Origin: a virus
Strand: one strand, 5' to 3'
DNA: 64,000 nucleotides
Virus record (IMG/VR): IMGVR_UViG_3300020478_000004
Coordinates: 1 to 64,000 of that record
Shown in pieces: positions 9,301-19,289 of the stretch; position 1 is the first letter of the stretch; every line of letters begins with the position of its first letter. The position numbers were made by a program, and so were the translations under genes. Under the pieces are notes generated by a model. The model searched no databases and had not been told where the DNA came from. It saw only the letters and a list, made by a program, of their open reading frames with translations.

Positions 9301-11635
9301 ACAATACGCTGAAATAGATGAATATTTTCCTGCAACAAAAAAATTAAATGTATTAAGAGAAAGTGATGGCAAACGTGGATGGGATCACATTGTTCCTGGT
9401 TGGGAAATCGCAACTGTATTAGATGGAACAACAACTTATAGAATTGAACCTAGAGTTACTATATCTGATCCAAGTTATTCAACAGAAGTACGTAACACAG
9501 GAGTTACAGGACAATGGATAGCGGCTAGTGGACACGGAGATACATTAGTTGCATTTACTGATTCAAGTGAAAAAGCTGTTTATTCAAATTTAGAAGGTAC
9601 GACTTGGACAACTGCGGCAACTGATGCTGATTGGGTTCAACCTAATTGTGTAGTAAAATCTAAAGGTAAATTAAAATATTATATTGCTTTAGGTAATGGC
9701 GGTTATGCTAACTTGTCTACAGCAGGTACAGCCTGGGGTTCAACACCTTATCCTATTGCTTCAGCAAACTATGTTGATATTTGTGAAGGACCACACTCTT
9801 CAACAGCAAGTACAGTAATTGCTATTGCAGACGATAATAATAATGCACAAGTTTCTGTAAGTGATGGAACAACATGGACAGCTAGTGCTATTACAGGTGG
9901 TGGCACAGGATTTAAATGGATTGCTTACGGTAACGGTAAATGGTATGTTGTTAAACCAGACGGTACAGCTTATTTTAGTATTAACAACGGAACAAGTTGG
10001 GTAGCAGATAATAATGTTTGTCCTTCAACTTACAATGTAACAGGGTTTACATATGGTAATGGAAGATTTGTAGCATCTTGTAAACCTAATGGAACTTTTA
10101 CAGCACCTTTTGATCCTTCAACAACAATGATTAGTGATGGATCATCAACTACAAGTGCAACGTTTGGATTATCATCAACATTCTTCTTTAGTTTTACAGA
10201 TTATTCAACTACTGCAACAAATTCAGTATGGTACGAATCAGATAAAACATTAATTCTTGATACTGATGATTGGTCAGTTGATTACCAAGATGGATTATTT
10301 GTAGCATCAAGTACAGCTGGTAAAATAAGAACAGGTGATGGCGGTCATGTATGGATGGAAAAAACAAATCTTACACCAGGAACTGCTTTTAGAACTAATA
10401 ATAGAGGGTTTACAACATCAAAAGGACCAGGTTGGTGGTTATTAGATACAGCTTCGCAGGCTACTATAACACATTTAAAATTTGGAGCAACGCCTAAAAT
10501 TAGAGCCATTGTTGATACAGGACGTATTACAAAATTTTTAGCAACAGAACCTGGTAGTGGTTATGATTCAGCATCACCTCCAAGTATAATTTGTGCTGAC
10601 ACGCAAAAAACAGAAGATGCATCAGTCTCTATAAGAATTAATAATGGAGTATTAGGTCAACCACACTTTAAAAACAGAGGTGCTGGTTATACGAAATTTA
10701 ATGCTGTTACAATTACAGGTGACGGGTTTGCAGATCAATTCCAAACCGGTTTACACATTGTTGTTAAAAACTTAACACTTTTACCAGGACCTGGAGACAA
10801 TTTAACATTTGCAAGTATTAATGATGTAATTTACAAAGTTGGTTCAGTTGAATTATTATCTGGAGCAGTACCTAATGCTACTGCAAAGATTTCACTTGCA
10901 CCGACTATGGGTAATGCAGAATCTCCAGTACATGAAGAAGATATTATTATCAGACAACGTTATAGTCAGGTTAGATTAACAGGACATGATTTCTTAGATA
11001 TTGGTACTGGTAATGAAGTTACTACAGATTATCCTAAATTATATGTTGAAGGATATTCATCAATATATCCACCAGAGCAACAAAACGAAACTATGGAATT
11101 TGCAGGTGGACGAGTCTTTTATACTTCAACTGACCAAGATGGTAACTTTAGAGTTGGTGAACTATTTAAAGTTGAACAAAGTACTGGTATTGTAACAATC
11201 AATGCTTCACAGTTTGATTTAACTGGACTAAAAGAATTAAGATTAGGTGCTCTTATTGTAGGTGGTACACAAGCAGTTATTAGAGAATTTTCAAAAGAAT
11301 CAACATTTGTTGCAAATTCAAATAATATTGTACCAACACAAAGAGCTATAGCAACTTATATATCAAGTAGAATAAGCGGAGGTGGATCAAATGTTGCCGC
11401 TAACGCCGTACTAGCGGGTACTGTTAAATTACACAATATAAATCAACTATCGCATACCGCAGGCGGAACAATTATGGTTGATTCAATCATGAATATGCGG
11501 GGCGTGAGTGGGGCACCATTAGCAATGGCATATTTTAACAATGGAATATTTTCAAGTATGTTCCAGGAACTAGCTGAAGATCCAGAGGGCCATTACGATA
11601 TGCCAGCTGACTTAATTGATGGCGAGATGCCGTAA
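6347..11635 (+). CDS. Giant virion/tail appendage protein with N-terminal Trp-rich CBM5/12 (ChtBD3)-like repeats and a pectin-lyase-like beta-helix
   Basis: Repeats W...T.Y..GD.V.YGG..Y.C...HTS. VYFVSPSGKD...PFKT motif. C-terminus YSQVRLTGHDFLDIGTG...GGRVFYTSTDQDGNFRVG is shared with 11690-17770. Confidence 0.75.
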   Translation: MAEFNIARIRYTWKNYWTGATTYVKDDVVRVDGNTYICMIGHTSDANTFLNDLNYTPKSRWLLHTEGYEWKGDWAPNTRYVKNALVKYSGVVYRVLTEHQSGSTSLVDDQAKFITYAKTPNWRNEWLPLTTYRVDDVIRYNGYVYQCITEHTSSTTISGLEVDQAKWTIKWRGDNWRQNWNINTRYKKDDMVRYGGIIYRTITGHTSAATFSLGLEDDQTKWEKVIDGIEWVGHWQSADDSTGTRYRVGDIVTYGPTLWRCKSAHTSGIAFAEDKFDIWMPGLGFESVWESTTTYQPGDIVQYGGYTYTSMTNNTNSAPSVTGVFYDGESLQGLYDWELLATGWKMTGEWDNSTAYKTGDIVRNKGWVYIAVKDSTGQEPDSLDPEHRSYYDPGETAGTNSTPTYWQIVNTGSYYRGEWIGTAGTVYVLGDIVVKNSTTWICVQRHESDDSTLVTPDLDTTNSYWKKLIQGSTGNVLQYKGDLRTHDGSDTVRLPIGSPGAALKVNAAGDAPNWEGLGEINKVYFVSPSGKDAIGNGLSISAPFKTMKYACQYILADEANRAPGTIFVATGVYEEIIPISIPEGITVWGDERRSVTIKPAPGYEDQNMWYVRNATGIKNMTCSGLTGSLSSKDVYGTSRPTGGAYFSLDPGTGPADTSVWITTKSPYMQNISSFGTGVTGLKIDGTIHDGGLKSMVANDVTNFLNDGISVWLNGDARAELVSVFTYFCHIGYLCTDGGKIRGTNGNNSYGTFGSVAIGTLGSETPITAKVDNRYYGAMAPEVYNNADKIFAIGYTHSGQDYINANYTISGSGLNVAVDNTFTEKRNGGISEIRLLDPGDSTASGGRGHLSGVRNSAQSGGTISITLAQSDVNDASHYAGRAYLTFDNVIAADASRPEGTYSNVPATSNNPQAYIPQQAFSITVDGAGAVTNITPLEGSHSHRVGDTITVSNINLGNIGGVPDVTFKVASVSPGMRIYLEEGKGRGQYAEIDEYFPATKKLNVLRESDGKRGWDHIVPGWEIATVLDGTTTYRIEPRVTISDPSYSTEVRNTGVTGQWIAASGHGDTLVAFTDSSEKAVYSNLEGTTWTTAATDADWVQPNCVVKSKGKLKYYIALGNGGYANLSTAGTAWGSTPYPIASANYVDICEGPHSSTASTVIAIADDNNNAQVSVSDGTTWTASAITGGGTGFKWIAYGNGKWYVVKPDGTAYFSINNGTSWVADNNVCPSTYNVTGFTYGNGRFVASCKPNGTFTAPFDPSTTMISDGSSTTSATFGLSSTFFFSFTDYSTTATNSVWYESDKTLILDTDDWSVDYQDGLFVASSTAGKIRTGDGGHVWMEKTNLTPGTAFRTNNRGFTTSKGPGWWLLDTASQATITHLKFGATPKIRAIVDTGRITKFLATEPGSGYDSASPPSIICADTQKTEDASVSIRINNGVLGQPHFKNRGAGYTKFNAVTITGDGFADQFQTGLHIVVKNLTLLPGPGDNLTFASINDVIYKVGSVELLSGAVPNATAKISLAPTMGNAESPVHEEDIIIRQRYSQVRLTGHDFLDIGTGNEVTTDYPKLYVEGYSSIYPPEQQNETMEFAGGRVFYTSTDQDGNFRVGELFKVEQSTGIVTINASQFDLTGLKELRLGALIVGGTQAVIREFSKESTFVANSNNIVPTQRAIATYISSRISGGGSNVAANAVLAGTVKLHNINQLSHTAGGTIMVDSIMNMRGVSGAPLAMAYFNNGIFSSMFQELAEDPEGHYDMPADLIDGEMP

Positions 11636-11654
11636 TGAAGGATTTTAATAATAT

Positions 11655-11662
11655 GATAAATA
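11655..11662 (+). promoter_or_regulatory. Late promoter GATAAATA
   Basis: Intergenic, upstream of 11690. Confidence 0.7.
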
Positions 11663-11689
11663 CTAACAATATGCATTTAGGAAGAAAAA

Positions 11690-14600
11690 ATGGCTGAATT
11701 TAAACTAGGAAGAATAAGGTTTGTATGGAAGGGTGCTTGGGTATCTAGTACCGTTTACTATAAAGATGACATTATACGTCACGGTGGACGTACATATATT
11801 TGTATTTCTGGACATACAGCTTCAGCATCATTTACAACAGACGAAGCTACTAAATGGCAGAAATTTACAGATGGAACTGAATGGCAAAGTACTTGGACAT
11901 CAGGAACAGCTTATAAAAAGAACGACATTGTAAGATATGGCGGTTACTTATATGTTTGTAATACAGGTCATACTTCAGAAACTCCAGGTGGAAAATTAGA
12001 AACTGATCAAGCAAAATGGGATTTATTTGCTGAGGGTTTTGATTGGAAAAATGATTGGTCGGTTGCTACACATTATAAAGTTAACGATATTGTAAAATAT
12101 GGTGGAACACTTTATCTATGTACAGTTGCACATACATCTTCAGGATCATTTAATTCAGATGTAGACGGATTAGAAGCAGACGCGGCAAAATGGGATACTT
12201 TTGCACAAGGGCAAGACTGGAAAACAGACTGGGCACCTAATACAAGATATAAAAAACATGATGAAGTAAAATACGGTGGACAACTTTATATTGCTAATCA
12301 AGGACACATTTCCGGAACCGATGTAGCAGAAGGGTTAGAAGTCGACCAAACTAAATGGGATTATTTACACAAAGGTATTGAATACAAATCAGTTCACTCT
12401 GCAACAACAAGATATAAAGCTAACGATGTTGTTAAGTATGGAGGCGGGCTTTGGATTTGTCAAGTAGGTCACACATCAACAACTAATTTAGCGGCTGACG
12501 TTACAGCAAACGGTGTAGCGGCAACTGTTGATACAATTAGTGGTGCAGACGTGGCAAGAACAGCTGGAACTTATAATGATGTAACAGGTACATCAAGTGG
12601 CTCTGGTACAATGATACATACAAGATTTAATGTTGTTGTTGATGGTAGTGGTGCTTGTACAGTTACAGTAGTTAGTGGCGGCTATGGACACGCGGCAACT
12701 GATGTAATTTCAATTCCTAATTCACAAATTGGTGGTTCAGGTGCAACACTTACATTTAACGTTGCAACAATTACTACAGCAACACGTTGGTTAGAATTTG
12801 TTGCAGGTTTGGAATTTGAAGACAGTTGGTCTAATGCAACAAATTATCAACCAGGTGACTTTGTAACCTATGGTGGTTATTCTTATATTTCAAAAACAAA
12901 TAATAGTAACGTAGTACCATTTGGAAACACGTCGCATTGGGATTTATTTACAACAGGATTTAGTTTACAAGGCGACTATAACAATGCCACTGCTTATAAA
13001 ACAGGTGATGTTGTTAGAGTTGGCGGTTACACATATCTTTGTAAAGCAAACTCAACAGGTAACAGACCACCTAATGCAACTTATTGGGACAGATTAAATT
13101 CAGGTATTTCTTGGAAAGATTCTTGGACTAACGGAACATATTATGATGCCGGCGATGCTGTTAGAGGTATAGGTAATAATAATTCTTATATTTGTAAATT
13201 AGCACATACGGCAGATGAAGTTTCTGTACAAAATAGACCAGACCAAGATGTAGCAGGAACTTATTGGAATTTATTAAGTGGCGGTGTTGAATCAGGAAAC
13301 TTAACAACTGCTGGTGATATAGTTTACTATGGCGGAGCAGGCCCAACAAGATTAGGAATTGGAACTGCTGGACAAGTTCTAAAAGTTAACTCGGCAGGCG
13401 ATGCTCCAGAATGGGCATACTTCGGCCAAGTTGAAGGTGTTTACTATGTAGGACCAAATGGTGCTGACGGTGTTGCACCTATAGATGGTGTTACACTTGA
13501 TAAGCCTTGGAAGTCAGTTAGATATGCATTAAATGAAATTAGAAAAGGTCCTAGACATCCGAATGCTTGTACTTTATTAAAACGTAATAAAGCATTTATT
13601 AGTGAAGAAGCTGGTATACAATATGTTGCTTGGAAAATAGCAAATAACTCAGCACCTTTTAGTACAGGTTATACACACGATTCTGCAAAATGTAAACGTG
13701 ACATGAATATTATTATTGATGCATTACTTTATGATGTATCACATGGTGGTAATAGACGCTCGAGAGAAGCGGCATTATCATTCTTTACAGATGCAGGCGC
13801 AAGTTATATTTCAGGACAAACAACACAAACAGTTGATGTAATTAATTACATGGTATCAATAATTGATACTACTATTAGAAATTTAGCACCAGCAATAAAC
13901 TATCAAAACTTAAACGGTGTTGGATCTCCAATTTTAAGAAAAACAGAAACAAATAATGCCGAAGCAGGTGTTTATACAACAATTCAAACCCTAGCGGCAA
14001 TTATTACTGATGCTATTACGGCAGGTAATACTAATAATATTCCAAAAGAACAAATTGGTTATAATACACTTTTTGTTAAAACAGGAATTTATAAAGAAAC
14101 ATTACCAATGATTGTTCCTGAAGGTTGTGCAGTTGTTGGAGACGAATTACGTTCAACAGAAATTAAAGCATTAACGTCAGGAGATTCGATAACTTCTAAT
14201 GCTCATGCAACATTAACAATGCAGGGATTAGCACATATTAAATCTATTATTGATAATGTTATTCTTAATACTTCGATTACAAAAACACCAGCAGGTGCTC
14301 ACTTAACAATGACTAACTTAGGAGCCGCTGATGGAAGTAGAACAGCAGGAACTTATAACGGTGTAACAGGCACATCAAGTGGAGCAGGTACAGTTGGAAC
14401 ATTTAACATTGTTGTTGATGGATCAGGTGCTTGTACAGTCACAGTTGCTACTGGTGGTTCAGGACATACTGTAGGAAATACAATTACAATTGCAGATGCT
14501 AACTTAGGTGGCGGTGGAGCGGCGGCATTCACAATGGATGTTGCAACTATTGCCGCAGGTAATACTAAAACACAAGACACAGCATTACCGGCAGGATCAG

Positions 14601-17600
14601 CCGCGGCCGGTACACAAGCACAAGCATTACTCCAAGATAGTTATGATAAAATTAATTTTGAAGTATTTGGTAGTGGTACAGCGCCACTAGTAACAGGTAA
14701 AAGCGGTAGAGATTCAACACAAGGTTATGTTGATGCAAGACTACGAATACTTGAAAACTTAGATTTTATTGCTGAAGAAGTTGTTGAATACTTAAAAACA
14801 ACTCATACTAGCACTTACGATTTTACTAAAGATGCAAAATGTAAAAGCGACATGAAAGAATTTTGTTATGCTGTCATGTACGACTTAGAACATTATGGAA
14901 ATTATAAATCAGTTCTATATGGAACATGGTTATCTAATGCAACTAATGGATGTCAAAAAGAAAATATGTTCTTAGTACAGAACGCAACTGGCGTAAGAAA
15001 TATGACAGTTAACGGATTGTCAGGATCATTAGGCGCGGCAAATAGTTATGGAACTAAACGTCCTGATACTGGTGCATATATTTCGTTGGATCCAGGTTGG
15101 GGTACAAATGATAAAGCTACTTGGATTACAACTAAATCACCTTACATACAAAACGTTACAACGATAGGTGAAAAATGTATTGGTGCTAAAGTTGATGGTG
15201 ACTTACACGCAGGTGGTAACGATTCAATTGTTGCAAATGACTTTACACAAATTATTAATGATGGAATAGCAATTTGGGTTACTAACTTAGGTAGAGTAGA
15301 ACTTGTTTCGGTCTTTACATACTATGGACATATTGGTTATCTTGCAGAAGCAGGCGGAAAAATTCGTGCTACAAACGGAAATAACTCTTATGGAGATTTT
15401 GGTTCAGTATCAGAAGGCGTTGACTTAACTGAAGAATATGTTAACGCATACGTTGACAATAGATCATATCAAGCAATCATTGGTAATATTATTGTTGACA
15501 ATGCAAAAATTATTGCACTTGAATATACTAATGCAGGACGAGATTATGTTCCAGGACAAACAACTTATACATTCTCAGGAGACGGTTATGGTATAGCAGG
15601 TGTAACTCCAGTAGTTGTTACTGGTGGTGTTATGCAAGTTAGAATGACAGGTAATTCAAGTACATTTGGTGGAGCAAATTATGTTACAGCAAGTAATACA
15701 ATTCAGGCTGGTAATGCTACACAAATTACAATATCAAATACTGATACTGCTATTAGTTCAGCATACGTAGGAATGGCAATTATACTTACAAGTGGTAAAG
15801 GTGCAGGACAAGTTGGATATATTGATACATATAACGCGGCAACAAAAATTGCTACAGTTAAAAAACCAAGCGATGATACTGCTGGTTGGGATCATATGAC
15901 TGGCGCAACCATTGAAACATTATTAGACAATACAACAACTTATAGTATTGAACCAAGAGTAGTTTTCTCAGCACCAACTGGTGACGGATCAACTGCAACT
16001 TCAACAGCTAAAGGTAGAGCAAAAGTTGTAGATGGAAAAATTACAGAAGTTAGAATTTATGATCCAGGTACATCTTATACATCAGCACCGACTTGTACAT
16101 TTACAGATCCTAATAATACAGCAGATGCACCATTAGAAGTTTTCATCGGCGACGGTGTATTAACACAACCTACATTTACTGATGCAGGTTCGGCTTGGAC
16201 AACTGCAAGTGCCACAGTAGCTGATGCAGGAACAACTCAAAATATTACAGGCGTAACATATACAGCTAATCCATTTGCTGAAACATTACTTGTAGCAAAT
16301 AAAGAATACGTTAAAGATGAAGTTGTTGCTTGGATTGATAATCAGATTGCAGGCGGCGGCAACCCAACTTTATGGGACGGCTTTGTACACGATAAAGTTA
16401 AATGCGAAAGAGATATTGGTTACTTAATTGATGCATTTGTTCATGACTTAAAATACGGAAGTAATAGAGAAACAGTTAAAGCCGCTAGAAAATATTGGAT
16501 AGGAACACAATTTGTTGGAGGCGAAGCACCTCAGATAGTTGCCGCTTACGAACAAATGAGAACTATTTTATTAGATTATATTTTAGATAATGCGGCATAT
16601 AGTTCTTTACAATCTGTAACTACACAAACTACGAATTCTAACAATGGTGAAGCAGTAGCACAAACTAGACTTGATGAATTAATTAGTGTTATTACACAAG
16701 TTGTTACACACGGACTTTCAGTAGTACCAGGACACGGTAGTGATGGTATTTTAGATATCACTGTAACAGGCCATAATATTCCAGGTAAAACAAAAGTTGC
16801 AATTTCTGGTGTAACAGGAACTAATCAACTAAATGCTAATAGTTTTTATGTTGGTGTTGTAGATGCTAATACTTTAAGATTATATATTGATGAAAACTTA
16901 TTACACCCAGCAGTCGGAACTAATTACTCTGCTTACGTATCAGGGGGTATTATTACTTACGGTGGTGGATATAGAGATCAAAAACAAGATGGAAAATATC
17001 TCCAAGTTGAATCAATGTTATCAATTCCACAAGCTGGATCAAATGTTGAATTTGCAAGTGTACCAAATACTTGGTTTAAACTTGTATCAGTTACAAACTT
17101 AACTGGAAGTAATCCTTACTCAGCATTACTACAATTAAGTCCAAACATAGAAATTCCAGATTCTCCAGCACATGGTGAAGTGTTAACAATTAGAATTAGA
17201 TACAGTCAAGTTCGACTAACTGGACACGACTTTTTGGATGTTGGTACTGGTGATTTTACTAGCACAAATTATCCAGGAACGCCAGCTACACCATCAGATC
17301 AAACAGATGAAACTAAAGAATTTGGCGGCGGGCGTGTGTTTATGACGTCAACTGACCAAGATGGTAACTTTAGAGTTGGTGATTTATTTACTGTTGAACA
17401 GGCAACAGGTATTGCTACGCTAAATGCTGATGCATTTAGTATTTCAGGGTTACAAGAACTACAATTAGGTAGTGTTGCTGTAGGAAGTACAGGTGCTACT
17501 ATTAATGAATTTAGTACTGATGGTACATTTACAGCAAATAGTGATAGTATTGTACCTACACAGAAAGCAATTAAGACATTTATTACGTCCCAAATTGGTG

Positions 17601-17770
17601 GCGGAGCATCGGAATTGAACGTAAATAGCGTTACAGCAGGAATAGTAAATATTCAGGGTAACACAATAACCACAACGACGGGTGCTAGAATAAATACTAC
17701 TGCAACAATGCATTTCTCAGCTGGAGTTAGTGGGGCCCCTGTAGCGATGCAACAGTTTTTACTGAGTTAA
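11690..17770 (+). CDS. Giant virion/tail appendage protein, paralog of 6347-11635, with three phycobiliprotein-like (KCxRD) insert domains
   Basis: Same scaffold as 6347-11635 plus inserts containing KCKRD (Cys codon 13691), KCKSD (14840) and KCERD (16403). Confidence 0.75.
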   Translation: MAEFKLGRIRFVWKGAWVSSTVYYKDDIIRHGGRTYICISGHTASASFTTDEATKWQKFTDGTEWQSTWTSGTAYKKNDIVRYGGYLYVCNTGHTSETPGGKLETDQAKWDLFAEGFDWKNDWSVATHYKVNDIVKYGGTLYLCTVAHTSSGSFNSDVDGLEADAAKWDTFAQGQDWKTDWAPNTRYKKHDEVKYGGQLYIANQGHISGTDVAEGLEVDQTKWDYLHKGIEYKSVHSATTRYKANDVVKYGGGLWICQVGHTSTTNLAADVTANGVAATVDTISGADVARTAGTYNDVTGTSSGSGTMIHTRFNVVVDGSGACTVTVVSGGYGHAATDVISIPNSQIGGSGATLTFNVATITTATRWLEFVAGLEFEDSWSNATNYQPGDFVTYGGYSYISKTNNSNVVPFGNTSHWDLFTTGFSLQGDYNNATAYKTGDVVRVGGYTYLCKANSTGNRPPNATYWDRLNSGISWKDSWTNGTYYDAGDAVRGIGNNNSYICKLAHTADEVSVQNRPDQDVAGTYWNLLSGGVESGNLTTAGDIVYYGGAGPTRLGIGTAGQVLKVNSAGDAPEWAYFGQVEGVYYVGPNGADGVAPIDGVTLDKPWKSVRYALNEIRKGPRHPNACTLLKRNKAFISEEAGIQYVAWKIANNSAPFSTGYTHDSAKCKRDMNIIIDALLYDVSHGGNRRSREAALSFFTDAGASYISGQTTQTVDVINYMVSIIDTTIRNLAPAINYQNLNGVGSPILRKTETNNAEAGVYTTIQTLAAIITDAITAGNTNNIPKEQIGYNTLFVKTGIYKETLPMIVPEGCAVVGDELRSTEIKALTSGDSITSNAHATLTMQGLAHIKSIIDNVILNTSITKTPAGAHLTMTNLGAADGSRTAGTYNGVTGTSSGAGTVGTFNIVVDGSGACTVTVATGGSGHTVGNTITIADANLGGGGAAAFTMDVATIAAGNTKTQDTALPAGSAAAGTQAQALLQDSYDKINFEVFGSGTAPLVTGKSGRDSTQGYVDARLRILENLDFIAEEVVEYLKTTHTSTYDFTKDAKCKSDMKEFCYAVMYDLEHYGNYKSVLYGTWLSNATNGCQKENMFLVQNATGVRNMTVNGLSGSLGAANSYGTKRPDTGAYISLDPGWGTNDKATWITTKSPYIQNVTTIGEKCIGAKVDGDLHAGGNDSIVANDFTQIINDGIAIWVTNLGRVELVSVFTYYGHIGYLAEAGGKIRATNGNNSYGDFGSVSEGVDLTEEYVNAYVDNRSYQAIIGNIIVDNAKIIALEYTNAGRDYVPGQTTYTFSGDGYGIAGVTPVVVTGGVMQVRMTGNSSTFGGANYVTASNTIQAGNATQITISNTDTAISSAYVGMAIILTSGKGAGQVGYIDTYNAATKIATVKKPSDDTAGWDHMTGATIETLLDNTTTYSIEPRVVFSAPTGDGSTATSTAKGRAKVVDGKITEVRIYDPGTSYTSAPTCTFTDPNNTADAPLEVFIGDGVLTQPTFTDAGSAWTTASATVADAGTTQNITGVTYTANPFAETLLVANKEYVKDEVVAWIDNQIAGGGNPTLWDGFVHDKVKCERDIGYLIDAFVHDLKYGSNRETVKAARKYWIGTQFVGGEAPQIVAAYEQMRTILLDYILDNAAYSSLQSVTTQTTNSNNGEAVAQTRLDELISVITQVVTHGLSVVPGHGSDGILDITVTGHNIPGKTKVAISGVTGTNQLNANSFYVGVVDANTLRLYIDENLLHPAVGTNYSAYVSGGIITYGGGYRDQKQDGKYLQVESMLSIPQAGSNVEFASVPNTWFKLVSVTNLTGSNPYSALLQLSPNIEIPDSPAHGEVLTIRIRYSQVRLTGHDFLDVGTGDFTSTNYPGTPATPSDQTDETKEFGGGRVFMTSTDQDGNFRVGDLFTVEQATGIATLNADAFSISGLQELQLGSVAVGSTGATINEFSTDGTFTANSDSIVPTQKAIKTFITSQIGGGASELNVNSVTAGIVNIQGNTITTTTGARINTTATMHFSAGVSGAPVAMQQFLLS

Positions 17771-17782
17771 AGGAGAAAATAA

Positions 17783-18103
17783 ATGGCCACAGGACGATTA
17801 GGACACGCAGATTTGGCGGCAGGTGCCGATACAGTTCTCTATACAGTTCCAGCTAACACTTTTTCAATTGTTAGTTTGAACATGGTAAACAGGGGATATT
17901 CAGCAGTTGCAGTTAGAGTTGCAGTTTGTAGCACATCTACACCGGCGGCGAGCGAATGGATCGAATATGATGTTGAGCTCTTGTCAAAAGGTGTGTTAGA
18001 AAGAACAGGTATTGCCATGGCGGCTGGGCAAATACTAGTAGTATATTCAAGTGCCGTAAGTGTGAACGCAGTCTGTTTTGGAATTGAAACATCAACTGCA
18101 TAA
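17783..18103 (+). CDS. Small virion/fibre partner protein
   Basis: Third paralog (YTVPANT...N...V.VAV...GIE). SD AGGAG. Confidence 0.65.
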   Translation: MATGRLGHADLAAGADTVLYTVPANTFSIVSLNMVNRGYSAVAVRVAVCSTSTPAASEWIEYDVELLSKGVLERTGIAMAAGQILVVYSSAVSVNAVCFGIETSTA

Positions 18104-18111
18104 GATAAATA
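18104..18111 (+). promoter_or_regulatory. Late promoter GATAAATA
   Basis: Intergenic, upstream of 18129. Confidence 0.65.
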
Positions 18112-18128
18112 GTTAAAAGGATAACACA

Positions 18129-18461
18129 ATGGGAAGATACATATCAACAACAGGAACTTCAAGTGCAGTTATCGTAGAGAAATCAACGACCTACACAGCG
18201 AAAGTTAATGAAAGGGTCTTAGCCAATACATCGGGTGGTGCGTGGACATTAACCATGCCTGCTAACGCATCGTTGTTGGTAAACGACGTTGTGCAAGTTA
18301 TTGATCCAACAGGAAGTTATAGTACAAATAACCTAACTGTAGCGAGAAACGGCTCAAAGATCCAAAATTTGAATGAAGATTTGACCATGAACATTAACAA
18401 CGTAGCGATTACCTTTATATACACTGGTAGTACCTATGGTTGGGTAATGTCTGGTACATAA
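18129..18461 (+). CDS. Single-domain tail-fibre protein resembling the T4 gp34 proximal-fibre repeat
   Basis: NTSGGAWTLTMP...D.VQVID..G....NNLTVARNG.KI....EDL pattern. Confidence 0.55.
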   Translation: MGRYISTTGTSSAVIVEKSTTYTAKVNERVLANTSGGAWTLTMPANASLLVNDVVQVIDPTGSYSTNNLTVARNGSKIQNLNEDLTMNINNVAITFIYTGSTYGWVMSGT

Positions 18462-18481
18462 GATAACGAAGAGGAAGTTTA

Positions 18482-19237
18482 ATGTCAAGTTTAAGAACGT
18501 TATTAGGTGACGTAGTAGGCGGGGGAAGTGTCCCTGAAAAGATATTTTATGTCTACAACAACAACCGCGGAATGTCAAATGGCGGATGTTGCTGTTTGTG
18601 GACAGTTCCAGCTGGTATTAGGAATGTAACGTTCGAAGTTTGGGGCGGTGGTGGAGCAGGCGCAGGTGCTTGTTGTTGTCAATGGTCTCAAATGTCAGGA
18701 GGAACTGGCGGCTATGCAGTTAGATCTGTAGCGGCTGGGTCAGGAGCAACCTTAGAAGGATGTCAGTATACAATTTGTGCCGCTGGGAATGGAACGTGTT
18801 GCCAAGCTCATTGTATAGGTTATACAGGCTACAAAAGTTTTGTTACTGGCTCAGGTATTCCGGCAACTTGTGCCCAAGGAGGATGTGGCGGAGTAACGTT
18901 CTGTCATGCCCATTATGCCTACAATTGTTGTTATGGCTGGCATTGTATTGACGGTGCAAGCCAAGGAGATTTCAAACTTGGAATAGGGCGTGATCAGACT
19001 ATGAATACGCACTATTGCCACAATCAAATGTGGGAGCAAGTTGGTGGTGGAGTGTTGTCCAGCTCTAGTAGAAAAGGACGGGACCTTTGCCACGGACCAA
19101 TGACGTGTTCAGGTTGTGGTTGGGGTTGTTCAGATGATTATCCATCAGGCGGAAGTTTTAGTGCAACTGCTTGTGGACAGCCATGTTGCTGGGGACAATG
19201 GTCTTCAGGAGGCATGGTAAAAATATCATATAGTTAA
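18482..19237 (+). CDS. Cys/Gly-rich adhesin-like protein 1
   Basis: About 25 Cys in 251 aa (hand count). CCCLWTVP...FEVWGGGG.G.G.CCC. Gly-rich-domain C-terminus GGMVKISY. Confidence 0.6.
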   Translation: MSSLRTLLGDVVGGGSVPEKIFYVYNNNRGMSNGGCCCLWTVPAGIRNVTFEVWGGGGAGAGACCCQWSQMSGGTGGYAVRSVAAGSGATLEGCQYTICAAGNGTCCQAHCIGYTGYKSFVTGSGIPATCAQGGCGGVTFCHAHYAYNCCYGWHCIDGASQGDFKLGIGRDQTMNTHYCHNQMWEQVGGGVLSSSSRKGRDLCHGPMTCSGCGWGCSDDYPSGGSFSATACGQPCCWGQWSSGGMVKISYS

Positions 19238-19260
19238 AAATGGACCTAACAAAGAAGAAG

Positions 19261-19268
19261 GATAAATA
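19261..19268 (+). promoter_or_regulatory. Late promoter GATAAATA
   Basis: Intergenic, upstream of 19290. Confidence 0.65.
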
Positions 19269-19289
19269 CAAAGTATAAGGATACAAATT

